64,000 bases of DNA from an uncultured archaeon (GCA_963799775.1 CAWCYD010000003.1:256001-320000), one strand, 5' to 3'; positions 51,393 through 62,000 are shown, numbered from the stretch's first letter. Notes: generated by a model from the letters alone, not told the origin. Numbers and translations: made by a program.

Positions 51393-52105
51393 TCAGCCAG
51401 TGACTGTGACTTCGGCCTTCATCACTGGGTGTATCGTGCAGTAGTAGTCGAAAGTCCCATCATTTGCGAACGTGTAGCTCACCGTCTGGAAGGTCGATAT
51501 CAAGGGTGACGTGTAGTTCGCCCCAGTCAGGAAGCTGACGTCGTGCTCGCCCGGGTCGCAACAGGTGATGTATCCGTTCAGGTTGATCCACGTCACCCGG
51601 GTCCCTTTGCCACTGTGACGTTCCGGGGATAGAAGGAGGGGTACTTCATCAGGACCAGCATCGGAACGACCTCGACTCGGAGCGATTGGTTCGATGGGGC
51701 GATCCCTTGCCCGCTGACCTCTATGACGACCGAGTAGTTGCCGACCGTGATTCCAGACTTGGCCGTAATCACGACCGGTATCCTCTGCGGGCTCGCCGAG
51801 ACAGTCACCGAGCTCTGGTTCATGACGAAGGTCACCCCGCCGGGTGAGAATGCCTTCAAGGTCACCACGGCTCCGACCTGCTGACCAACTGCCGCGACCT
51901 CGATCAAGGAGTAGTTCTGCACCTGGCCCGGGGAGATCAGGGGAGAGGGCGGGATTGCCGACACGGTCACGCTCTCCTGCTTCGCGCCGCCTCCTAGCGA
52001 CCCGGCGAACTCAACGTAGGCCGCCATGCTAGCGACGATGACGACGGCGACGAGGACGACAACGATGGCCGCTCTGGACGCCGCCGGCCTACCCGGTGCT
52101 TCCAA
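51393..52105 (-). CDS. membrane-anchored cupredoxin (plastocyanin-like; frameshift near 51600)
   Basis: VTWIN...EHDV...YYCTIHPVM type-1 Cu ligands. Confidence 0.85.
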
Positions 52106-52108
52106 GGC

Positions 52109-52987
52109 TTAGGCCGCCTGCGGGGCTTGCTCTCCCGAAGGCGTTTCATCCAGTTTCATCGTGGCGATCGCGCTGGAGATCGCCTGTGCCGCAATCTCCC
52201 TTTCCTTTGTCAACTGCGACCTTTCCCGCCGCGCGGTCTGCGTCTCAGCCAGCTTGTTCCTAGCTGACTCGAGCCTTTGCTCTATCTCCAGCAACCCATC
52301 CTCCCCTCCGGCAGACCTCCCTTTCTTCCGCGACCGCTCTATCTCTGCCTCCACCCCGGCAAGCTTGGTCTCTAGCTCCGCGACTCGCTCTTTAGCGGCC
52401 TCGGTGGATGGGCCCGTTCTCAGCACCCTCGTGAAGAACGTCCTAGACTGCCTTGAATTCTCCATCTCCTTCAGCCTCTCCTTCTCCTCCCTCAATTGCT
52501 TGGCGCGCCTGTCTCTGTCCTCTCGTAGCGAGGCCAGCCTCTCGGCTGCCTTTCTTTGCGCTTCTTCGAGCGCGCTCTGGGCGTCCGCCTCGTCTCGGAC
52601 AAGCCCCTCGATTTCCTCATCTAGGTCCGAGCCAGGAGAAGATACCTTGAGCAGGCTAGAGGCCTCTTGGCGCCTCGCTCGAAAGTCCTCAGTGACCCTC
52701 TCGGCCCCGACCTTGTCTTGAAAGTCATCCAGGAGCGAGTCGAAGTTCCGCACCCAGTCCTCCAGGTCGTAACCACCGGGCTCCGTCGAGAGGGCCTGAT
52801 GTCCTAGGCGGTCGAGTGCCAGCATTGTCCGAGAGCGGACCTGCTCGAGGTCCACGCTGCCTTGGTCCTGGAGATAGGCTCTCCTGTGCGTATGGAACTC
52901 CTGCTTCTTGCGCTTCTGTTTCTTCTCTCTTGAGGAGAACCCCTTCGTCCCGGACCGGGTCCTCCCAGTCTCGCTGCCGAAGCTCAA
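52109..52987 (-). CDS. coiled-coil hypothetical protein
   Basis: E/R/K-rich heptad pattern over about 150 aa. Confidence 0.75.
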   Translation of the reverse strand: MSFGSETGRTRSGTKGFSSREKKQKRKKQEFHTHRRAYLQDQGSVDLEQVRSRTMLALDRLGHQALSTEPGGYDLEDWVRNFDSLLDDFQDKVGAERVTEDFRARRQEASSLLKVSSPGSDLDEEIEGLVRDEADAQSALEEAQRKAAERLASLREDRDRRAKQLREEKERLKEMENSRQSRTFFTRVLRTGPSTEAAKERVAELETKLAGVEAEIERSRKKGRSAGGEDGLLEIEQRLESARNKLAETQTARRERSQLTKEREIAAQAISSAIATMKLDETPSGEQAPQAA

Positions 52988-53109
52988 AGAATCTGCACCC
53001 TGCCACAGGTCTCCGACGTTTAAAGGTGAAGGACGGCTCGAAAGCCTGCCCTCCGACTAGCGGATCGAGCAAGACAAAAATAGTGCTCGGCGAACTCCGG
53101 AGCGTCGTG

Positions 53110-53283
53110 ATGGCGGAGCAAAAGCTGGCGCCCGTGCTCAAGCCCCTTTACAGAATCTTCAAGGTCGCTAACCTTGAGAACCTCATCAAGAGGCTGCTGA
53201 AGCTCGTCTTCACGGTGGTCCTCCTGATCCCGCTGGTCATTCTCCCCCTCTACTTCTTCTTCTTCACGCTGCTCCATGTCTGA
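53110..53283 (+). CDS. small membrane protein
   Basis: MAEQKL...C-terminal TM. Confidence 0.55.
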   Translation: MAEQKLAPVLKPLYRIFKVANLENLIKRLLKLVFTVVLLIPLVILPLYFFFFTLLHV

Positions 53284-53347
53284 TGCGCGAACAGTTCCCT
53301 AAGTCTTCTCAAGCGCCCCCACGCACCCTGGTGATCGTGACTGGGCC

Positions 53348-53809
53348 TCAGGAGAGCCTCGCTATCGCAGCTTTGATGGCTCCCGCCACGTCAGACATCT
53401 CTTTCTCGCTCAGCTTCATCCTCGTGAACCTTCCCTTGTCCTGAAGCTTGCTCGGGATCACGTGGACATGTACGTGCGCGACGGCCTGGTTCGCGGCCTC
53501 ACCGTTGTTCTGCATGATCCTGAACCCGTCCGCGTTCATGGCCTCCACCACTCCCATGGAGACCTTGGAGGCGGCCTTGAAGACGGCCGAGATCTCGTGC
53601 TCGTCCATGTCCCAAAGGATCTCCCCGTGCTTCTTCGGGCATACCAAGGTGTGGCCTGGCGAGAAGGGGTTGATGTCCAGGAAGGCCACGTGACCCTCAT
53701 CCTCGTAGACCATGTAGGATGGGAGCTTCCTCGCGACGATCTTGCAGAAGACGCAGTCTTCCTGAGGGACGCTGGCCGAGTTGTAAATCCGCTTCGTGGA
53801 CGTCTTCAA
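53348..53809 (-). CDS. HIT family hydrolase
   Basis: CVFCKI, GHTLV, HVHVHVIP. Confidence 0.95.
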   Translation of the reverse strand: MKTSTKRIYNSASVPQEDCVFCKIVARKLPSYMVYEDEGHVAFLDINPFSPGHTLVCPKKHGEILWDMDEHEISAVFKAASKVSMGVVEAMNADGFRIMQNNGEAANQAVAHVHVHVIPSKLQDKGRFTRMKLSEKEMSDVAGAIKAAIARLS

Positions 53810-53955
53810 GGGGGGCTTTCACCTCCTCTCGATTTTTGTTCTAAACCTTTCCCTGCGCGCTGGGAAACGATATAACGGAAGGACTGTCGGGATGGAAAGA
53901 AGCGATCTACGTGCGGTCATCCAAAGGGACTTCAGGCACCGGGGGCGTCAGGACG

Positions 53956-54120
53956 ATGCTCGCCCTCTTCGCCGTCTTGGCGATCGCAGGGGTGCTGACA
54001 CTTGCCATCTCAGTCGTCCTCGGGCTGGTCCTCCTCATAGTAGCCGAGGTGTTCTTCGCCATGGCCTACCGCAGGTTCTCCAAGAGCCCGAAGACGGGAA
54101 GTCAGGCTCCGGCGGGCTGA
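53956..54120 (+). CDS. small 2-TM membrane protein
   Basis: Hydrophobic short ORF. Confidence 0.5.
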   Translation: MLALFAVLAIAGVLTLAISVVLGLVLLIVAEVFFAMAYRRFSKSPKTGSQAPAG

Positions 54121-54602
54121 TCTCTCGCCTTTGGCTTGTTGGTCCACCTTCCCGCTGCCGGATGGCCTGAACTGACCGCGACGAACGTGCCCCGGAGCTT
54201 TGCCGTCACGTCGTCGCCCGCCCTGAGGATGGACTCGGTCACCACCTTCCTGCCGACCGTATCTCTCACCCTCGCCTCTAGCAGCAGTGGGCCGATGGGG
54301 GTGGGCTTCAGGAACTCCACGTAGAGAGACGAGGTCACGGTCGACGGCGGCACCTCGGCGCCCGTCTTCAACATCAGGGAATACGCGCTCGCCCAGTTGC
54401 CGTGGCAATCGAGAATCGTGGAGATTATCCCGCCGTTGAGGAATCCGCCGAACGCGTGATGGAAGGGCTTCGGTGTCCATCTTGCCACCACGCTATCTCC
54501 CTCGACGATGCTTCGGATCTTCAGGCCGTGGATGTTCGCGGGACCACAACCGAAGCAGACGCTATCGGGCGCATACGTTTCCTGCAGGCTGAGCTTCTTC
54601 AT
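54102..54602 (-). CDS. PaaI-family hotdog thioesterase
   Basis: CFGCGPAN, NGGIISTILDC, FLKPTP. Confidence 0.9.
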   Translation of the reverse strand: MKKLSLQETYAPDSVCFGCGPANIHGLKIRSIVEGDSVVARWTPKPFHHAFGGFLNGGIISTILDCHGNWASAYSLMLKTGAEVPPSTVTSSLYVEFLKPTPIGPLLLEARVRDTVGRKVVTESILRAGDDVTAKLRGTFVAVSSGHPAAGRWTNKPKARDQPAGA

Positions 54603-54650
54603 CTCCGAGCTCCTGCGACTTTGGCCGTATTATTCTGTCCGGCACCTCCA

Positions 54651-55948
54651 GGCTTTGGGACGTAATTAACCGCACCCTTGTTGGATAGCTGTCAAGGCTT
54701 TGAATTATGGGTCTGGGACCAGACTCCGTCACCGCGTTGAGAATCTGTTGCTACACCGCTGATTAAAAGGAGGCCTTTGCGTTCCATGGGGCGTTGGGCG
54801 AGCAGGAGGACAAGGACCATCATCGGCGCACCGTAGACGAGCTGAGGGGTCTCGTCAAATCCGTCAGGTCGGGAGAGTTCGAGTACGACGAGAGGCCGAG
54901 GAGATCGCTCGACTGGTCCTCCGACACGGAGGCGCAGGCATACGAGCTCGCGGACATGCTCTACAACATCACGAAACTGGTCGACGAGGCGGTCAACCGG
55001 ATACCCGTCGAAGACCTGGAGAGGAAAGGGCGCGTTGGGAGGCCTCCCACCTACTCCCCTGGAGACGTCGCGAAGGTCCTCCTGATGCAGTCTTACTTCG
55101 GCGTCTCGAACCGGGTGGCCGCAGGGCTCGCGCTAGTCTTCAAGGAGAAGCTCCGCCTCGCCGATACGTTCTCCTACAAGACGATAGAGAGGGCGTACGA
55201 CCCGGGCCCCGTCACCAAGATACTCCAGGAGGTCTTCAGGCTCACCAACGAGTACGGGAACGCGAACGAGGACACCTTCTCCTTCGACGGGACTGGCGAG
55301 CCCACGTCGACGAAGGTCAACTACGAGACGGTCCGTTCGGAGCAGAAGAGGAAGGAGGACGGTGATGACGACCCGACGGGTTCCTGGCCGTCGCCGTCGT
55401 CGTCGAGGAGGCAGCACGTGTTCCAGTACTCGGAGTCGTCGGTGGGCGTCCACACGAAGATCTTCGGAGGCTCCGTCTCGACAGATGGCTACTCGGTGGG
55501 CGAGCTCCTGATGTTCCCGTCGGTCCTCTCGCAGACGCGGATCAACTGCCCTGACATCAAGGAAGTGCTCGGTGATGGGCTCTACTCGACGAGGCCAGCA
55601 TGCTCGATGGTCGCAGCAGCAGGTGCGAGGCCATACTTCTTCCCCAAGGTCAACTCGATCTACCTGAGCCACGGAGTCCCGTCCTGGAAGGAGATGATGC
55701 ACTCGTTTGTCGAAGACACTCAACAGTGGCTAAGGCAGTACCACATGCGCTCGATATCGGAGACGGCCAACTCGATGGACAAGAGGAGGTTCCCGTGGAA
55801 GCTGAAGAAGAGGCTCGCTTGGAGGAAGGACGTGGAGTCGTTCCTGAGGAGGGACGTCCACAACATCAGGCAGTACTCGTACCTGTGTTACCTGGAGCCA
55901 GACCTCATCAAGAAGATGAGGTTCTGAAAATAATTACGTCCCAAAGCC
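54651..55948 (+). mobile_element. insertion sequence (IS5/ISNCY-like), 18-bp perfect TIR, 9-bp TSD
   Basis: GGCTTTGGGACGTAATTA at 54651 and its reverse complement at 55931-55948; GCACCTCCA at 54642-54650 and 55949-55957. Confidence 0.92.
54794..55927 (+). CDS. DDE transposase, intact
   Basis: FDGTG, GDGLYS, YHMRSISETAN. Confidence 0.9.
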   Translation: MGEQEDKDHHRRTVDELRGLVKSVRSGEFEYDERPRRSLDWSSDTEAQAYELADMLYNITKLVDEAVNRIPVEDLERKGRVGRPPTYSPGDVAKVLLMQSYFGVSNRVAAGLALVFKEKLRLADTFSYKTIERAYDPGPVTKILQEVFRLTNEYGNANEDTFSFDGTGEPTSTKVNYETVRSEQKRKEDGDDDPTGSWPSPSSSRRQHVFQYSESSVGVHTKIFGGSVSTDGYSVGELLMFPSVLSQTRINCPDIKEVLGDGLYSTRPACSMVAAAGARPYFFPKVNSIYLSHGVPSWKEMMHSFVEDTQQWLRQYHMRSISETANSMDKRRFPWKLKKRLAWRKDVESFLRRDVHNIRQYSYLCYLEPDLIKKMRF

Positions 55949-55968
55949 GCACCTCCATGGCCGCTTAA

Positions 55969-56208
55969 ATGCGAGGCGAAGATTCTCCATCGGCGATACT
56001 GGTGAGGCGGGGCCTTTGCTTCAGGTGCAGAAAGGAAATCGGCGGACTCTTCAGACCTACCTCATGGAGATGCGCCGTCTGCGAACACCTCTATTGCGAG
56101 AGGTGCGCGAGAGACAGGGTGGGCCTGATATTCAAGAAACCGGTCTGCCCAGAATGCAGGGTCGAGCTCACAGAGGGCTCGAAGCAACCGGCTTTCTCTA
56201 GGGGCTGA
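55969..56208 (+). CDS. small 8-Cys zinc-finger protein (FYVE/RING-like spacing)
   Basis: CFRC-x14-CAVC-x4-CERC-x13-CPEC. Confidence 0.75.
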   Translation: MRGEDSPSAILVRRGLCFRCRKEIGGLFRPTSWRCAVCEHLYCERCARDRVGLIFKKPVCPECRVELTEGSKQPAFSRG

Positions 56209-56668
56209 ACTCGACAGACCCGACCCATGTGACCGTCTGGGAGAGGCTGTCGGTCACCTTGATGGTATACGTGCAGACCGAACCGACCTGTTGAGCAGCC
56301 GGGGAAAGCGGGACGCTCCCTGAGCCCTTGGACGAATCGAACGTGAACGGGATGTAGGTGTACGTGGTCGCCTCTCCCTGCGTGGAGTTCGGCATCGTGC
56401 AGAGGCGCGAACCAGCGACGGAAGAGATCTGCGTGGAGAAAGCGACCGTGAAATATGCCGTCACGAGCGACTGGTTTTGCGTGACCTTTGTGAGGGCGCC
56501 CTGGCGCAGAGCGTTTCCCTGAGACGCGGTCCCCCAGTAAACAGATGAGATGACGGGCGTCGACTGGGCGCTCTGCCCGGGTGAGAAGCTCGAGAGCACG
56601 AGGACGACCGCCACCAGGGCGACGAGCTGGATGGTCACGATCGCTACCTCGCCACGCTCTAGCTTCAT
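56198..56668 (-). CDS. membrane-anchored beta-rich hypothetical protein
   Basis: N-terminal TM, Ig-like C-terminus (YTIKVTDS). Confidence 0.65.
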   Translation of the reverse strand: MKLERGEVAIVTIQLVALVAVVLVLSSFSPGQSAQSTPVISSVYWGTASQGNALRQGALTKVTQNQSLVTAYFTVAFSTQISSVAGSRLCTMPNSTQGEATTYTYIPFTFDSSKGSGSVPLSPAAQQVGSVCTYTIKVTDSLSQTVTWVGSVEFSP

Positions 56669-56731
56669 AGGGCTCTACTCCCCCCGCTGCGCCTCGTGCG
56701 AATATACGTTGGCCCGGCTCTCCAGGGTGCC

Positions 56732-57827
56732 TCAGGCCGGGCCCTTGCGTAGCGCTTCAAGGAACCTGTCGTCGATGTCCTCGGTCGCGATGGTGAGCCG
56801 CAAGCAATCAGCTATGCCGGAGCCCTTGCCATAGCTCCGGAGCACCAGCCCCTTTTTCATCAGAGAGGCCTGCAATCGGCCCGCCCGTGCCGGTCCCCCT
56901 CGCACGCGGAACAGGATGAAGTTCGTCTCGCTCGGGAAAGGCTGGACGAGGCCTTCCCTCTCCAGTGCATCAAAGACCCTCCTCCTCTCACGGACGATCT
57001 TCCTGACGTTCGACCGCATCTCTCCGAGGTTCCTGAGCGCTGCCTCGGCCAGCATTATCGAGATCACGCTGAGGCTGTTGGGGGGCCTGACAAGGTTGAG
57101 CTGGTCGGCGGTCTCGCGCTTCGCGACGAGATACCCTACCCTGACTCCCGCCATTGAGAAGGCCTTCGAGAAGTGGCCTGCAGACGACGAGGTTCCCATA
57201 TTTCTCCGTCAGGTCGATAGCAGACTTGCCCCAGAACTCGAAGTATGCCTCATCGATCGCGACGGTCGAAGACGTCCCCTTCACTATCCTCTCGACCTCA
57301 GAGAGGGGCATAGGGTTGCCTGTCGGGCTGTTTGGGTTGCAGAGGAAGATCAGCGTCGTCTTTGGCGTCACGGCTCCAAGGATCTGGTCCGAGGTGATCG
57401 AAAAATCGTCGGCGTCCCTTCGGACGTATCTCACGCGCGCTCCCATGAGTTCCACGACGACCCTGAACATCGAGTAAGTGGGGGCGGGGACCACCGCCTC
57501 GTCGCCGTTGTCAAGGACCGCCTTGCCTATCAGGTCGAGCCCTTCGTCGGCTCCGTTCGTGACGACGAAACGGTCCAGGTCGGCTCCGCAGTAGGCGGAC
57601 AGGCCCTCCCTTATCCCCAGGTAGGTGGTATCCGGATACTGGTTGACAGGAAGCTTGGGGGCAAGCTTTGCGAGACTTCTCAGCTCCGGGACAGGCGCGT
57701 ACGGCGAGGTGTTCGTGTCGAGCCTTGCTATCTGATCAGTCCGGAGGCCGACCTTCTTGGCGATTTCGTGGCTTGGCGTCTCCCAGCCGTATGCCTCGAA
57801 GCCGTCAAAGATCTTGCGGATCCTCAT
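56732..57827 (-). CDS. hisC: histidinol-phosphate aminotransferase (frameshift near 57177)
   Basis: LDTNTSP, NQYPD, GADE, CNPNSPTG, DEAY, FSKAFSMAGVRVGY. Confidence 0.9.
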
Positions 57828-57883
57828 CGTCCCTCGTTCTTCCGCGTTCCCGCGTTGGCGAATTAAAGTTGTCCAGTAGCGCT

Positions 57884-58408
57884 TCAGGCGCTGTTCTGGA
57901 ACCTTGCCATGAGGTTCCTGTTCCAGAGACGAGCCGCGATTAGCCCTCCGATGCCTCCGCTCACGACACCAAAGATGAGCACCGTCAAGTCGAGGAAGAA
58001 GTCATTCGGGACCAGCTTCAGGACGCTGACGGCGGTGACGTAGTAGGCGACGAACCCCACGATGCCGGTGCTAATCGTCATGGCCAAGGTGAGCCTCCAG
58101 GCCCTGGCGCGAGACCCGTCCTTCACCCTCATGGCGAGGCAGAGGGCGTCTACCATCACGCCAAACATCAGCGAGAAGACGAGGTCATAGGGAAAGAATG
58201 ACAGCTTCACGGCCGTTATCAACAGCCCGCTGACCAATCCCACATAGGTCGCCCCTCCCATCCCCACTATGAGGTAGCTCAGGGCGAGGAGGATGGCCTG
58301 GAAGATGATGAGGTAGTCCGAGCTGGGCGCCGGGATGAACCCGTTGATGGCAAGGATGAGTACCCCGAAAAGACTCGCGAGGGCGATCCTCCTCGTGCTT
58401 GACGCCAA
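57884..58408 (-). CDS. 5-6 TM membrane protein, ECF S-component-like
   Basis: STRRIALASLFG N-terminus and size typical of S components. Confidence 0.55.
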   Translation of the reverse strand: MASSTRRIALASLFGVLILAINGFIPAPSSDYLIIFQAILLALSYLIVGMGGATYVGLVSGLLITAVKLSFFPYDLVFSLMFGVMVDALCLAMRVKDGSRARAWRLTLAMTISTGIVGFVAYYVTAVSVLKLVPNDFFLDLTVLIFGVVSGGIGGLIAARLWNRNLMARFQNSA

Positions 58409-58445
58409 CCATCTGGCCAGTTTTGGTAGGGGATTTAAGGCTTAA

Positions 58446-58499
58446 CTAACGTTCGTTAGGTTTTGCGTCCTCCCTCTCGACGGATGTCAACATCCGTCG
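58446..58499. promoter_or_regulatory. two palindromes, putative TetR operators
   Basis: CTAACG-TT-CGTTAG (58446-58459) and CGACGGATGT-CA-ACATCCGTCG (58478-58499) in a divergent promoter. Confidence 0.5.
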
Positions 58500-58554
58500 T
58501 CGGTCGCACGCTGCACAAGCGTTAATAGAACAAGGCGAACTCGTGCTAGCGGCA

Positions 58555-59142
58555 ATGCAGGTCCAGAAGAGCAAGCCAGGCCCGAACGAGATCCTCGCCG
58601 TGGCAGCTCGTCTCTTCGCCCAGAAGGGGTACTCGAACGTCTCGATCCGCGACGTCTGCAAGGAGGCGAAGACCACGGCCCCGATGATCTACTACTACTT
58701 CAAGGACAAGAAGAGCCTCTTTCGCGCCGCGGTCTCGGACAAGCTCAGCCTCCGCCGCTTCATCATCCCGCTTCGGCAGACCCTCGAGTTGAGCGACGTC
58801 CCCAAGGCGGTCGCCTCCTTCGTGAAGATCTATCTCACTTCGTTCCCGGAAGCCGCCTTCGACCCCGGCCTCTACATGAGGGAGACGGCGAAGCTGGACA
58901 ACCGCAGCGCCGAGCTGGTGAGCAGACAGCTCGACGAGGTCCAGACCATCGCCACCTCGCTCGTCCAGAAGGGCGTGAGGACGGGCGCCTTCAGGACCGG
59001 CAGGCCCGACGAGGCAGCGGATTGCCTTATCGGGATGTTGAACCACGTTCTGTTCCAGAGGATACACTTCTCAAAGTCGTTGGACATCGAGCGCAAGGGG
59101 GAGGCGATAACCTCGTTCTTCCTGAGCGCGATGAGGCCCTAG
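58555..59142 (+). CDS. TetR/AcrR family regulator
   Basis: AARLFAQKGYSNVSIRDVC...IYYYFKDK. Confidence 0.93.
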   Translation: MQVQKSKPGPNEILAVAARLFAQKGYSNVSIRDVCKEAKTTAPMIYYYFKDKKSLFRAAVSDKLSLRRFIIPLRQTLELSDVPKAVASFVKIYLTSFPEAAFDPGLYMRETAKLDNRSAELVSRQLDEVQTIATSLVQKGVRTGAFRTGRPDEAADCLIGMLNHVLFQRIHFSKSLDIERKGEAITSFFLSAMRP

Positions 59143-59145
59143 TCT

Positions 59146-62000
59146 TCACCAGAACGGGCGCGTCTCGATGAACTTTAGCTTCGCATCGAGAAGCTCCTTG
59201 TAGAAGGTCTCCTCGTCTTCGTGCATCTTGGCGAGTATCCTCGCTGCCGTCTGAGGCCCCACCCCGTAGACAGCCTGGGCGACGATGGCCCTTCGCCCGT
59301 ATGACAAGACGAGGTCTGCGGCTCTCCTGGCCTTCGCGAGCTCGGCCCGCTCGTCGTCGTTCGGAGGCGAGGCCGCGGCCATCCTCTTCCTGAGGAGGCC
59401 CAACACGGTGCCCGAACTCCAGAAGCACGGCGTCAGCAACCCTGACGAGCAGCTCTTGCAACGCGGCTCTTCGGCCACCTCGCCGATCGTTGCAATTCCC
59501 TGAGGTTCGCCGCACTTCATGCACACGAGCTCGACCGAGGTGGTGTAGATGCTCAGCCTCATCTTCTCGATCGTCGTCTTGGCGAGGGAGTCGGGCGCTA
59601 TCAGCTCCGGCGCCTCTAGGTATCTGTAGAGGATGCTGTACGCTATCGGAGATGGTCGCTCCTTCGAGAGGTGCGTCTCGACCGTGACCTCCCCTGCGGC
59701 GACCTTGACAAGGAACTGCTTCGCGCGGGGCATGTCTATCATGTCCCGACCCGTCTCTTGCAGGGCCTCCTCGAAGATCGGGGTGTTCTCGAACCGGGTC
59801 GGGAGCGAGCAGAGGTTCGGATGGGCGATGAACTGACCCCGCCTGAGCGCGCCGAACCTTTCGGCTATCTGCTTCACCCTCGCGGGAAACGGGAAGTTCC
59901 TCTGCGCCGCGACCGCGTAGGTCTTCTCGAACTCCTCTGGACTCATCCCGATGAGCTCCTTGGAAAGGCTCTTCAGGTCGATGTCCTCTGTGTCGGTCGT
60001 CAGTTCGATCAGTATCCTGTAGCCGTCCATGTACCATAACCTGATGAGTCCTTTGCGGGAGACTGAACCTCTTCGAAGGTGTAGGCCAGCAGCCGGTTCA
60101 CTTTCTCGCCGAAGCAAGAGTGGATTATCAGGTACTTTTGCCATCCTTCGAAGAGCACGAGCTTGTCCGAGGGCAGAGGTATCCCGAGGCCTATGTGCTC
60201 AGAGATCTCGTCCGCGACCAGCTTCGAGCCGGCTGCGTTCACCGGAAACTCTGTGCTGAATGCGCCTGAAGCCTCCTCCTCGCTCGGCACCTCGTGAATC
60301 AGGTCTGCCACCCTCTTCCTGAGCTCTCCGCTCTTCTGGGCGAGTCCGAACGGCACGGGGAGCATCTCGCCGTCCCATCCAGGCACGGCGGCGAGAGGGT
60401 CCTCGATGGAGGTCACGTAGATCTTCCTGTCGTTGGCGATCTTCTCTATCTGCCAGATCTTTCCCTTTAGGATGAAGTGGAGGCCCACCTTCGCCTGGAG
60501 CAGAACGAACTCCTCTCCGAGTATCCCCACAGCTTGGTTCGTTGCCACGTCGACCACGAAGTATCTCGTCTCGTCCGGGATCGTCGAGAGGTTCTCGTAG
60601 TAATACTCCCTCGTAGCCCGCGTCCTAGAGAGCCTCTCTCCGTCCAACCTTATCTTGCGGATCTCACTCAGATAGCTGATGACCCTTCCCAGGGTCTCGT
60701 CGTCGAGGTCGCGGTAGGGGTAGCAGGCCCTGAGCTCTGAGAGGAGCGTCTTGCGCTCGACGCTGTCGTAGTCCATGAGGTATCCGGCGACCTGGTGGGA
60801 GAGCACGTCGAGGCTCTTCTCATACGGCGCGGTCTCCTCCATCCTTCCGTTCGTCGCCTCGACTATGGCAGCCGTCGACTCTAGGACGTCGTCTGCGCTC
60901 ACGGCCAGTAGAACCCCCTTCGAGTGGCGCTGGAGGCTGTGACCCGACCTCCCCACCCTTTGGATCAGCGACGTGACCTGTCTCGGAGACATGTATTGGA
61001 TCACGAGGTCGACCGAGCCTATGTCTATCCCCAGCTCCAGCGTGGAGGTGCAGACGAGTGCGCGAACCTGGCCGGTCCTGAAAGCGTTCTCCACCCGTTC
61101 TCTCTCCTCGCGCGGAAGGGAGCCGTGGTGCACCCCGACGTCCCCGCGCATCCTGTTCAGCTTCTCGCCGAGCATCTCGGCGGTGGTCCTGCTGTTGACG
61201 AAGATCAAGGTCGACCTGTTCGCCTCGATCAGCTCGCTCATCTTCGAGAGCCTCGAGGCCATGTCTATGCCGGCGAAGGCGTCTCTCGAGACAGCGGCGT
61301 CCTCGGGCCTCGGCGTCGTGTACTCCACGAGGTAGCCTACTTTCTTCGGAGCGTAAGCCTGGACTATGTGGTGCTCTCCCCCAGGGCCGAAGATGAAATC
61401 CGCCGCCACCCGGGGGCTGCCGACCGTGGCCGAGAGCGCGACCACCTGATATCTTCCCGCGACCTTCCTCAGGCGCTGCAGGCCGACCGTCAGCTGCACC
61501 CCCCTCTTGCTCTCGACGAGGTTGTGAAGCTCGTCCACGACCACCGCCTTCACGTCCGCCAGGCTCACGCGCATCCGCCGACCGGGTAGCATCGCCTGGA
61601 GCGTCTCTGGCGTGGTGACTAGGACGTCCGGCGGATTCCTCGACTGTTTCTCCCTCTGGGATTGTGGCGTGTCTCCGTGCCTCACGTCAAGGGTGAGGGA
61701 GAGCTTCGTGCACCAGAACTGCAACCTACGCAACATATCCCTGTTAAGGGCTCTGAGCGGTGTGATGTAGAGGAGTGAGATGCCATGCCGGGGACCGCTC
61801 CTGACCAGGTTGCTCAGGAGAGGCAGTATGGCCGCTTCCGTCTTGCCCGACCCCGTCGGAGCTACGACCAGGACGTCCTTGCCTTGCAAGATTAGGGGGA
61901 TGGCCTCGACCTGGGGAGGTGTCGGGTCGCCGATTCCGCCCTCCGTCAGGAGCGCCCTGACCGGCTCGGCGAGAGACTCGAAGACCCCTGCGTTTGCCAT
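59146..62000 (-). CDS. lhr: Lhr-family DEAD/DEAH helicase (frameshift near 60063)
   Basis: APTGSGKT, DELH, SAT, HHGSL, STLELGIDIG, QRVGRSGH, C-terminal Zn cysteines. Confidence 0.92.
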
